A stretch of 64,000 bases of DNA from Felis catus (lineage: Eukaryota). The notes under the pieces are model-generated. The model did no database searches. It saw only the letters and a list, made by a program, of their open reading frames with translations, and had not been told where the DNA came from. This document shows, piece after piece, positions 24,433-34,840 of this stretch; positions within the stretch are counted from its first letter, which is position 1, and every line of letters begins with the position of its first letter. The stretch is from assembly GCF_018350175.1 (NCBI RefSeq), contig NC_058383.1:21640001-21704000 (forward strand). The letters run 5' to 3'. The position numbers and the translations under genes are program-made.

Positions 24433-25259
24433 ACTCTTGCCGGGATGGTTAGTAAAGGCTGCTCGGATGAGAGGCAGGCTCGTAGCGCAATTAAGTGACA
24501 TGTCCAAAGAGCCGGGATTTAAAAGTCAGGTCCATTTGGCTCTAGAAACTTTGTTCATAACCAGGATCTGCTAGTGTTTGCATGTGTGGGAACCTTGATT
24601 CTCCTCAAGTCTCTATCTGGCTTGTAGTAAATGCTTTAAAAACAGTTTGAAAAATGAAGGGACAAACCATCAGAGCCCGTCGGAACATGTTGAAACAAAC
24701 CGAGCTTTGAGAAAACTGTAATCACATACACTTCCTGCCTCACCACCCTTGCTGATCTGTGGCAATAACTGAATGGGTGTGCTGTCTGAATATAATTTCC
24801 ACGTGCAACAGTCTTCTAATGGCACATGGTAACGGAGTGAGGTTAGGCAAGTTAGCTAATGTCTTGGTGCCCCAGTTACCTCTGTTGAAAAGTGAGGATA
24901 AGAACAACTTATGCCTCACAGAGCTGTCAACAATTAATTGCAATAATGTGTATAACTGCTTAGCACATCCCTTGGGGGAGGGTGCTCAATCTGAGCTACA
25001 GTTTTATCGATTTAAGCTATAAGCTACTTACTAAAATGGGTAGAACCTGGAGGGACAGTGATTAATCATTTAAAAAGCAGGATGGGCAGTCAGCTTACAG
25101 GAAACATTTTTAGGGTTCCCCATTCATAACTCCCTGCATGGAACTCTTATTTGCAGACACTGACGAACACAAATACACCCCCCAAAAGCCATGAATGTAT
25201 ACACTTGCTACACTGCTAATGATGACAGTGGGAGTCTCGTAAGAAATGCCTTCTCTCAC

Positions 25260-25664
25260 CTGACTGGTTTTTGCTGTTCTGCACCTCTCCGTTATTTTGT
25301 GGCTGTTGATTTGTTAAAGCACTGCTTTCTGACTGGCTGCTTAACACTTTAACAGCAGATCCCAGGTTTGCTGCTATGACAGGAAAATGCTGACCCCTCT
25401 TTAGAAGCTGTTTGTGTTCCTGGTGGCGAAATCGTGGTGGTACTTCCCGAGGATACCGAGGCAAGGCCTGTGGTGGCTGCGGCTGCGGCTGCGGCTGCTG
25501 CGGCTGCTGTGGCGGCTGTGGCGGCTGCTGCGGCGGCTGCGGCTGCTGCGGATTGTTGGCTGTGGCTCGCTTGGCATTATTATTAGTGCTGGTTGCTGTG
25601 GAAGTGCCGTTATTAGAGTTGGCAGGCTGAGGCTGGCTTACACTGGGCTTTATCTGTTCTGGCA
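25260..25664 (-). CDS. TNRC6A: TNRC6A Q/P-repeat exon (probably exon 5), 405 nt: (V)PEQIKPS...[24 protein letters not shown]...NSKNQS
   Basis: Acceptor gattag|TG; donor CAG|gtgaga; lies within ORF 25216..25731; phase 1-1. Confidence 0.96.
25471..25556 (-). repeat. TNRC6A: Coding CAG/CCG/CCA trinucleotide repeat (Gln/Pro tract)
   Basis: ggctgc/ggctgt repeats on the + strand encode [28 protein letters not shown] on the minus strand. Confidence 0.95.
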
Positions 25665-28637
25665 CTAATCCCAACAAAAGAAAAGGGGTGGAAAAGATTA
25701 GCCAGTAAAGTGTACCTCCACAGTAAGCCATCTAAGTAAAAAGGCACTAAGAAAAACAACCCTAAAGGAACGGAAAGTTCAAGTGCGTGAGGATATCCTC
25801 ACTCACACACAGGCTAGGGTTTTCTTAGGAGAGAGTCAAATTTTACTTCTGCTAACTACCTCTCCAATAAGGGCATGGACATCATCAGCACCCCCTGGCC
25901 TGGACAGCTCATGCTCACCAGCTCCGTCCCATATTATTCTGATCAGAGAACAAGCACCTGATTGTGCAACTAGAGAACTCACAGTAGCTTCAAGAACAAA
26001 TGGGCTGAATTGAATTTTGGTAATCCTAAAAGAATCCTCAATTCTCTGGAAACTGTTCTTAATCTGCCTCATTTTTAATGTGTTTGGTTCCTATTCTTCA
26101 TCTCTGAAAGACTGAACACAAGTAACAGGTAGAAAGGATAGCAAACAATCTGACAGTTTCTTTAAAAACAGACAAAGTTAACAATATTTTTTGCTGTTAA
26201 AACATAAAGTCTCAAATAGGACAAACTCAGAACGGGGAAGTGAATACAAAGATAACAGAATGACATCTATGAAACTAACCAAAATGGGAGAAGTAACATA
26301 GATAACCTCTCTTAAGCAGAGCTGAGAAATAGCCATTTGTCTACTGTATGGACAGTCCGAAATTATAAAGTGTCTTTTTAGACCCTTAAAAGAGATCAAA
26401 TAAGTAAACAAACTGATGGAAAGGACTCAAGCCGGTAAAGATATACCTAGTCTCTAAACTACATAAATGCCACGTGGTATAAGAACTTTCAGTGCTGGAT
26501 GGACCCAGGTTTTAATCACAGTGCTGCCTTTACTGAGCTGTGTCTTTGGACAAGCTGTATAGACGTGACTGAGCCTGTGGTCTCCCCCGTCAAAGGGGTA
26601 ACACCTATACCCTGCAGAGCTATCCTCGAGTTAACTGTTACTGCTTACAGAGCACCAAGTACAAGGCGATACAAACAATGGGTATCTGTTAATGATCGGC
26701 ACAATACCACCTTCTGCGGCTGTTTAACGTTTCCGTGAGAGTTCGACACATCTTTACAGATGCCACTGTCAGACAAATAAAGTGAAATGTATCCATGTGG
26801 CCAGTGAGGATGCTCGGAGAAAATGCTGCCCAAGGGTTGAGAGCTCCAGGCCTGAAATTAGAACAGCTGCCACTAGAACTGGGTCGTCTGTGTGTCTTTC
26901 ACCTTGCCCGTACAGGCAGTGTTGATCTAGTACCCAGCACAATGTAAAAACTCCACAAGCAAAAGCTATTCTGTGGACCAAATACAGGAAATATTTGTTA
27001 AATGCCTACAATGCGTATGATGGTGTGATAAAGAGGTCACCGGTATCATTTCCAGCAGCTACCTGCTCCCCCGTCCCCACCCCACCCCTCGCAGCTCTAG
27101 AGTCTCCTTCATGTAGGTCTGGCCTCACTAACCACCTTCTATCTCCCGGCCACTGGTGGAGTTTGTCTACGTCACTAATACTAGTATTCTTTAATACGGG
27201 ATCTGGTCTCTTATTTTTTCATGTGATTTTGATTCCTCTAAAGTAATACAAGCAAACTGTCATTCAGGAGGACTGCACTGAAAAAATTACAAAATTACAT
27301 TCCATCTATTGCTTGGAATCCCTTCCATTCTTGAAGGCAACCAAAAAGCCTCACATTAATAATTTGAGCCAAGTACATTCTAGGTCTAATTACTTTATAT
27401 ATGAAACTTTTGTCTCCCAGACAATTTAATGCTCCCAGAAAGCAGCAATAATGTATATTCCTCTGTCACAAGGAAAACAAGGCACTAGAATATTCTAAAG
27501 TACCTCTGAAACCAAAAAAAAAAGATAAAGTACACATAACTATGAAATCATAAAAAACACAAAAACTCCAACTCAACCTTTGCATGTTTAGTACAGGTTC
27601 AGCACTGTATCTGGCAACTGAATGTAACCTTGTAATACAGTTATCCACTGCTAAAACACAGGCTTGCCTGCCACTGTATTACTAAAAGGAAAAGACAAGA
27701 TTGTAACAATTTAAAACCCAACGACATTATTTATATGCGACAGCAATAGGAAAATGGTCTTTAATACATTCAAGGAATTAGAAGATAACCTACAGGCAAA
27801 CACTTGTGAACGATTTATGTGAATAACGTAGGAGAACCTTAACACTATGCCAAAAGTGACCAGGAATTCAGAAGCAGTATTTCCGTCTGTCACCCGGCAG
27901 CCCCATCCCTGCCTCCAATTCAGAAAGCTGCTGTACTCCTCAGTCGAGTGTCATGGGGAAAGTAAGGCCGAGATAGGTCCTCATTTCTGGGGCCAGAAGA
28001 GTTAACTAAAACCAGTAAATATTAAGACAATGTAACTACTGATTATAAAACTGAACTAAATAATCTGAAGTGAAATCCCAGATATAAACATGACGCATAC
28101 TGGAAGAGTAAAGAAGTTAACTGCGCGTGAAGGTAGGGTGGTAAGGATGGGGTTGCTGGGTAACAGACATAATTACTGCATGATTTTTGGCTAGTGTGTC
28201 TGTGCAGTTAAAATTTAGGTTAATTACATCAATAAATATCCAAACCACTGAAAAGAGAAAAAAAATGAGCAAATAAGAAAACTCAATCCATTCAAAAGAT
28301 ACAGAAAATGCAATAAAAATAATTATTTCAGAATTGCAGTTAACATGAAATATAGACTAAGATGCCACGCATGAGCTCCAAACGATCTGTAATCAAAATA
28401 AATGTAAATGAGTTCAATTTACTTATTAATAAAAGCTCTTTAGCTTTTTTAAGAAAAGAAAAACTTTAAGGAATGTACTTTGCAAAAATCACTTCTAAAA
28501 CAAGACAATACAGGAAGTTGAGGGGGAAAAGTATACAGATATATGACCAAAAATGCTAACAAAATTTAAATAAAAGCAATATTAATGTCCAGTTTAAAAA
28601 AATTCAATCAGAAAATCATTATAAAAAACAAGATGTT

Positions 28638-28870
28638 GGGGCGCCTGGGTGGCGCAGTCGGTTAAGCGTCTGACTTTAGCCAGGTCACGATCTCGCGGTC
28701 CGTGAGTTCGAGCCCCGCGTCGGGCTCTGGGCTGATGGCTCAGAGCCTGGAGCCTGTTTCCGATTCTGTGTCTCCCTCTCTCTCTGCCCCTCCCCCGTTC
28801 ATGCTCTGTCTCTCTCTGTCCCAAAAATAAATAAAAAACGTTGGAAAAAAAAAACAAAAAACAAAACAAA
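28638..28870 (+). mobile_element. Young felid Can-SINE (SINEC_Fc-like)
   Basis: ggggcgcctgggtggcgcagtcggttaagcg; CpGs intact; (CT)n segment and A tail. Confidence 0.95.
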
Positions 28871-29057
28871 ACGTTTCATACTGATAAAAGAAACCAACTA
28901 AAAAAACTTAAACAGCTAAAAGAACCTTTATATACCAAAACTTAGTATCAAAACATGTAAATCAAGTGGAGACAGAAAAACTGGGAAAAAAGGCAAAACC
29001 ATCTACCTTGATGGACAGAGAACACCTTTTTTGACAAATACCGATGAAACAGTATAA

Positions 29058-29061
<4 letters not shown>

Positions 29062-29098
<37 letters not shown>
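29062..29098. repeat. (AC)n microsatellite
   Basis: Perfect dinucleotide run. Confidence 0.97.
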
Positions 29099-29100
<2 letters not shown>

Positions 29101-29958
29101 ATAGTACTGAAGAAAACACCACTATATTGCAAAAAGTACAAATAATACAGATGACATTTCTGGATTACAATGCAACCACATTAGAAACAACAAAACTAGC
29201 AAATGAAACAGCCTTAAATAAATTTTGAGCTGAAAAAGAAAAAGAAATACCAAAACTGTAGAGTTACCAAGAAAATACTAGTGAAAACAAAACACATGAT
29301 AAATTTTAAGATACGGCTAAACCAATGCTTAAAGAAAAATTCCTAGCCTTAACTATTTTCAACAAACAAAAATGAATAAAAAGCATCTTATTGAAGTTAA
29401 AAAATGAACTAAATGAAGTATAAGAAGGAATTAGTGGAGATAAAAGGAGAAACCAAGGACTTTACAAAGTAAACCAGTAACTCCAAGGTGTGGCTTTATG
29501 AAAAAAATAAACTGGTAGTTAACCTGATTTTTTAAAATTAGGAAAAAATGAGATGATTTTCTAAAATGAAGATATTTCTTTAGGCTCAACTCTATAATTA
29601 ACTCGAAAAGATGGAGGAGAGATTTAACTCTGACCCTGAAAAAGGCAAGAAAATAAACAGTAATTAGAACAGAAGAAATGGAGGAATTTATGAAATCACC
29701 CATCAGGATCAGACAGTTTGACCAATACTGCCATTCAGTGTTTTTTGTTTTTACTAGAATACTTCTAAGAAACATGTAACTCTAAGTCTAATGCTATTTA
29801 AATCGTTGAAGAGCACAGCAGAAAAGGGAACACCCAACAGTGTTACCAGGAAGTCTGACAAAATTTTAGTAATCCCGAACAATGGGGAGAAAAAAGAAAT
29901 ACAAACAGTGCCGGGGATTAAAAAAGACAGAATTCAAAATGTAAACAATGTTCCATAA

Positions 29959-30167
29959 CATGGCTTGGCAAATCTTTCCTGTAAAGAGCCGGATAGTAAA
30001 CATTTTATAGGCCATATAGTCTTTCAACTACAACTCTGCTATGGTAGCACAAAAACCAGCCACAGACAACACATAAATGAATGGATGTGACTGTGTTTCA
30101 GCAAAACTTGGAATACAAAAATAGGCACTGGGCCAAATTTGCAAGCTATAGGCCCAGTGTCTGCCCT
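29959..30167 (+). mobile_element. MER58A-like element inserted into old L1
   Basis: ttggcaaatctttcctgtaaagagccggatagtaaac...gactgtgtttcagcaaaactt. Confidence 0.75.
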
Positions 30168-30315
30168 ATAAAGTATAATTTACCCAAATGAGCTTATAGA
30201 GAAGATCCTAGAACAACATCAAAAAACACTGAAAAAAGTCCTCCAAGATTTACCTCTCTAAAAAGCACCAGGCCCAGATGACTTTATAGGGAATGTGCAT
30301 ATAAAATCTTCAAGA

Positions 30316-30520
30316 GGGGCACCTGGGTGGCTCAGCTGGTTAAGCGTCCAACTTCAGCTCAGGTCATGATCTGGCGGTCCATGAATTAGAGCCCTGAGTC
30401 GGGCTCTGTGCTGACAGTTCAGAGCCTGGAGCCTGCTCGCATTCTGTGTTTCCCTCTCTCTCTGCCCCTCCCTGCTCTCTCTCAAAAATAAATAAACATT
30501 AAAAATAAATAAATAAAAAT
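30316..30520 (+). mobile_element. Can-SINE
   Basis: Typical head and tail; imperfect TSD aaaatcttcaaga / aaaatccttaaga. Confidence 0.92.
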
Positions 30521-30574
30521 AAAATCCTTAAGAAACATGTCCTATCAATCTACACAAACTGTTTCAGAATAAAG

Positions 30575-30815
30575 AAGTGCAGGTTCAAAAGACTGACTAG
30601 ATTCAAATCTTGGCTCTGCAACTTACTAGCTGTATGACTATGGGCAAGCCACTTAAGAACCTGTACCTCTGTTCCCCTCATCTGTAAAACAGGGGTAAGT
30701 ATTAATACCTCTACCACGCAGGGTTGTTGTGAGGCTTTAATAAGACAATGGATGTAAAGAACTGAGAATAGTACTTGGCCCCTTGCGAGTACCCAATAAA
30801 TGTTAGTGATCACTA
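30575..30815. mobile_element. MIR element (other MIR fragments near 9290, 24820, 26490, 38290, 41765, 55090, 58680)
   Basis: ttcaaatcttggctctgcaacttactagctgtatgactatgggcaag...cctcatctgtaaaa. Confidence 0.8.
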
Positions 30816-31098
30816 CTGCTGTCTAGGTTAAAAAAGGGGGAGTAAGGATGACCCTCAGATTTCTGGCCTGGAATGTGGGTAGACAGTAGTACCATCTCCC
30901 AAGATACTGTAATAGAAGACAAAAACTAAGTTTGGAAAATACGTGAGAATGAGCTTTGGTTTTGACGTTAGGTTTACTGTTTCTGTATGACAGTAATTCT
31001 CAAACGTTTTGGTCTCAAGACCCCTTTGTGCTTTTAAAAAAGATCTTTTGTTTATGTGGGTTAAAACTATATTTACCATATTAAAAATTTAAAAAAAA

Positions 31099-31312
31099 TT
31101 TTTTTTTCAACGTTTTTATTTATTTTTGGGAGAGAGAGAGACAGAGCATGAACGGGGGAGGGGCAGAGAGAGAGGGAGACACAGAATTGGAAACAGGCTC
31201 CAGGCTCTGAGCCATCAGCCCAGAGCCCGACGTGGGGCTCGAACTCACGGACCGCGAGATCGTGACCTGGCTGAAGTCTGACGCTTAACCGACTGCGCCA
31301 CCCAGGCGCCCC
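31099..31312 (-). mobile_element. Young felid Can-SINE (SINEC_Fc-like)
   Basis: Near-identical reverse complement of the 28638 copy; TSD ccatatta(a/g)aaattt. Confidence 0.95.
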
Positions 31313-31374
31313 CCATATTAGAAATTTATAGAGATATTTAAAAATATATTAATTCATTTAAAAAATAAACTCTT

Positions 31375-31740
31375 GGGGCGCCTGGGTGGCTTAGTCGGTT
31401 AAAGCCTCTGACTCTGGCTCAAGGGCTCAAGCCCCGCATCCAGCTGTGTGACCGCTCGAAGCCTGGAGGCTGCTTAGGATTCTGTGTGTGTGTGTGTCTC
31501 TCTCTCTCTCTCAAAAATAAACATTAAAAAAAATTAAAAAACACAAACAAAAACAAAAACTCTTGGAGTGCATGGGTGTCTCCGTTGGTTAAGCATTCAA
31601 CTCTTGATTTTGGCTCAGGTCATAATCTTACGGTTCATGGGACTGAGTCCTGAGTCAGGATTCTCTCTCCCCCTCTCTGCCCCTTTCTTGTTTACTTTCG
31701 CTTTCTCTCAAAATAAATAACTATTTAAAGAAAAAAATAA
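31375..31740 (+). mobile_element. Two tandem Can-SINEs
   Basis: Heads at 31375 and ~31565; aaactctt recurs before, between and after them. Confidence 0.88.
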
Positions 31741-32740
31741 ACTCTTACACGAGTATGTATTTTCGCTGAATGGATATATATTTTCTGAAATAAGTTTTCC
31801 AAAACAAAAAGAGAGTGAAATGTATGCATGCACTGTTTTTACATTTTTCCAAACATCTTTAATATCTGGCTTAACAGAAAGCAGGTCGATTTCACATCTA
31901 CTTCTGCATCCAATTTGTTGTGACATCCACATTATGTAGTCTCTAGAAAACTCCACTATGTACTTATGAGAAAAAAGAGTGAGGACCACAAGTAAACTTC
32001 CTATCATTATGAAAATAGTGTGACCTTGTGAATTTCATGGAAGTTTCAGACAGCCTCTGGGGAGTCCTCAGATAAATTCTGAGAACCACTGCTCTAGAAT
32101 ATCCATGTGTAGAATGCAGCTGAACATATGGTTCTGAAGCTCGGTGAAGTATGAACCAGAAAAATCAACTTAGCATTCAGCAGAGAGGTGGGAGAAAGGT
32201 GACGCGAGCAGCAGAATGAGAAGCATCACCGAGACCCAAAGGAGAGGCTACTGTAGCCGAGAGAAGAGCAGTAGCGGCCAGAGAGGCAGGACAGAAAGAG
32301 CTTTTAAAAATGGCCTCCCTATTTACTCAAGCAGGGACTTGTTCCCCAAATTCTCCCTGTCCCTCCACGTTCAGGCAACAGGTCTGACAGATTATCTACC
32401 GGACAGCATTCAAATGCATCCTTATCATCTCCAATGTCACTGCTGTGATTTAGGCCCTCCAATTTACTCTTGCAAAAACCTCTTACTTGGTCTCTGGGGC
32501 TTCCATCTTGACTCCCCTCCCCAAATCTATCATCTCTCTGCCCCAAGTTGTCTGTATCATCAAAGTGCTTTCAGAAATCATCTGAAGTCCTTAGCATGGT
32601 CCCGGTCTACCACTTCTCCAGATTCATACCCCATTGCATAAACATGCATTTCCTTCTCTCTCACACCAAGAACCTGCCATACTCCAAAAGGTACCATTCT
32701 TTTTCAGGATATTCTTTGTGCCTAAAATGCCTTGATACTT

Positions 32741-32951
32741 TTCTTTTTTTTAATGTTCGTTTATTTATTTTGAGAGAAAGAGAGACAGAGAGAGCACATG
32801 AGCAGGGGAGGGGGAGACGGAGAATCCCAAGCAGGCTCCACACAGTCAGTGCAGAGCCTGACGTGGGGCTTCAACTCACAAACCTGCGAGATCATGACCT
32901 GAGCCGAAACCAAGGGCTGGACGCTCAACCGACTAAGCCACCCAGGTGCCC
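32741..32951 (-). mobile_element. Can-SINE
   Basis: Reverse SINE; TSD cttgatac(t/c)ttt. Confidence 0.92.
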
Positions 32952-33410
32952 ACGTCCTTGATACCTTTCTTGAAAATCTTTCTCTCCACCTTTCCTAGGA
33001 AACAATGAACTACCCCGCAACCCCTCCCCAGGTTCTGCCAGCCTTAAAAGCATTTTATGACAAGCAATTTCCCCTCCTCTTTCCCATAAAACTCTTAATG
33101 CATCTCTCGTCCTGCACATGCTTAAGTGCCGCCTTCTTGCTCCTCCCCTTTATCACTGGCATTCCCAAGCACCACACACGAGCAAGAACTACTGGCTGAA
33201 TGAACAACCGAAGAACTGTCAGCATGACATGAACCCAAAGAACAATGTAGAATGATACTGAAGATGAAACACTGAAACACTGACATTTAATCGGTGGAAG
33301 AATCAAGAACTGGTAAAGAGAGAATGATCAAAAGAAGAAAGAGTTAAGGACGATGATGGTAGCTGGCTGGTATGTTGCTGAGTAACTCAGTGGTTAGAAA
33401 TCTCTGCTGT

Positions 33411-33442
33411 AAACAAACAAACAAACAAACAAACAAACAAAC
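33411..33442. repeat. (AAAC)n microsatellite
   Basis: About 8 units. Confidence 0.93.
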
Positions 33443-34618
33443 AACCCAGAGCTGGCATCCACAGAACAAGACAAGTTCAGTAAATATGATTGTTTATCTG
33501 GGAAGTTACCCTAATTAGCCACAACATCATGTTATCCATAATACCAGAAAAATATTTTGAAGGAATTTCATTAGGCCAGTACAAAACACACATACCCACT
33601 AAAACTTGTTTATTTTACATTTTTTTGCCATTCTGTGACCCAACTGGTCTTTTGTACAGTTTAAGCAGATGGACACAATTATGAACTGGCCCAGAAATCA
33701 ACATGTTTTAGAACATTTTTAGAATGGAAAAATTACTCATGAGAAGAATTTAAACTGACATTTTCCTAAATCGTGCTCCAAATCAAGACTTCCCACTTTG
33801 CAAAAAACCCGAAAGAACCAATGTGACAATTAAATTATTAATTTGTGCTACTTTCATGTATTTTGAGATTTCTTATGCACAAGCATGCTATCACTCTGTA
33901 AACTGGAAGCTGCTCTGAAAAACGTCTATTAACTGGGGGAAAAAACCCACAGCAATTGTCCTACATTCAAGTAAAATATCAGGACTAGATAAGAGATATT
34001 TAATATCCAAAATCCTAAATATACAAGTTCTAAATTTGTAAAAAAATTTTTTTACTTATTTACTCAGTCATTAGAAATTAAAATTATATGAATATTTACT
34101 TCTTTTAATCTTTAAGATAACATTTTAAATGCCATCTGAATAAATTTCAGAAAACAGTAAATAAGAGAACTTCCTGTTGGCTATCTACAAGTTTAATAGA
34201 AACAATAGTTGAAATACAAAGCAGCCATCAGTATCATGAATTGCTTACCAAACTCCCCAAAACATGAATGACCAAATCTTAATACCTCAAGCCCTTCCTT
34301 TAGTCCTACCCTTCCAAAGTCTATAATTTAGCTTTGTGTATGAGTCTTCATATTGGCTACATTGTGAATCTTCTAGAAATACTGGCATAAACAGCAGGCA
34401 TAGGATACAAAAATGCCATTTAAGACATGATTTCACTTTTAACAGAATATTAAATTGACCTCCAAAACATAGAAACCATATACAGATTTGTGTTTGAATT
34501 CTTAAAAGAATTGAAATAGTTGACATCACCAGTTTAAAATAATACTTAATAAGTATCTATAGAATACACAGTGCTTTTAAAGACTTCTTTTGGCAAACTT
34601 TAAATTTACCTAAAGTAA

Positions 34619-34840
34619 GGGGCACCTGGGTGGCTCAGTCGGTTGGGCATCTGACTTCAGCTCGGGTCATGATCTCACAGTCCGTGAGTTCGAGCCCCGC
34701 GTCAGGCCCGCGTCAGGCTCTGTGCTGACAGCTCGGAGCCTGGAGCCTGCTTCAGATTCTGTGTCTCCCTCTCTCTCTGCCCCCTCCCCTGCTCATGCTC
34801 TGTCTCTGTCTCAAAAATAGATAAAAAACATTAAAAAAAA
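34619..34840 (+). mobile_element. Can-SINE with a small internal duplication
   Basis: TSD tttacct(a/g)aagtaa; cccgcgtcagg is duplicated. Confidence 0.93.

Larger units (their letters stand above)
27990..30570 (+). mobile_element. Ancient L1 (L1M-type) ORF2 remnant, antisense to the gene, interrupted by SINEs, (CA)n and MER58
   Basis: Strongly A-rich + strand; aaaagcaccaggcccagatgacttt (KAPGPD, an L1 ORF2 hallmark) near 30262. Boundaries approximate. Confidence 0.7.
30991..32091 (+). mobile_element. hAT-Charlie element (MER119/Charlie7-like) interrupted by three Can-SINEs
   Basis: TIR-like ends cagtaattctcaaa ... tgagaaccactg, with SINEs nested inside. Confidence 0.65.

Noticed and set aside
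25412..25668. Plus-strand poly-Cys/Gly and poly-Arg/Leu ORFs
   Set aside because: These are antisense shadows of the CAG/CCG repeat, which has no stops on that strand.
28594..28869. ORFs containing GQRETEHERGRGRERGRHRI (also 42430-42714, with related ORFs at 32548, 50320 and 59847)
   Set aside because: These are translations of Can-SINE sequence, not genes.
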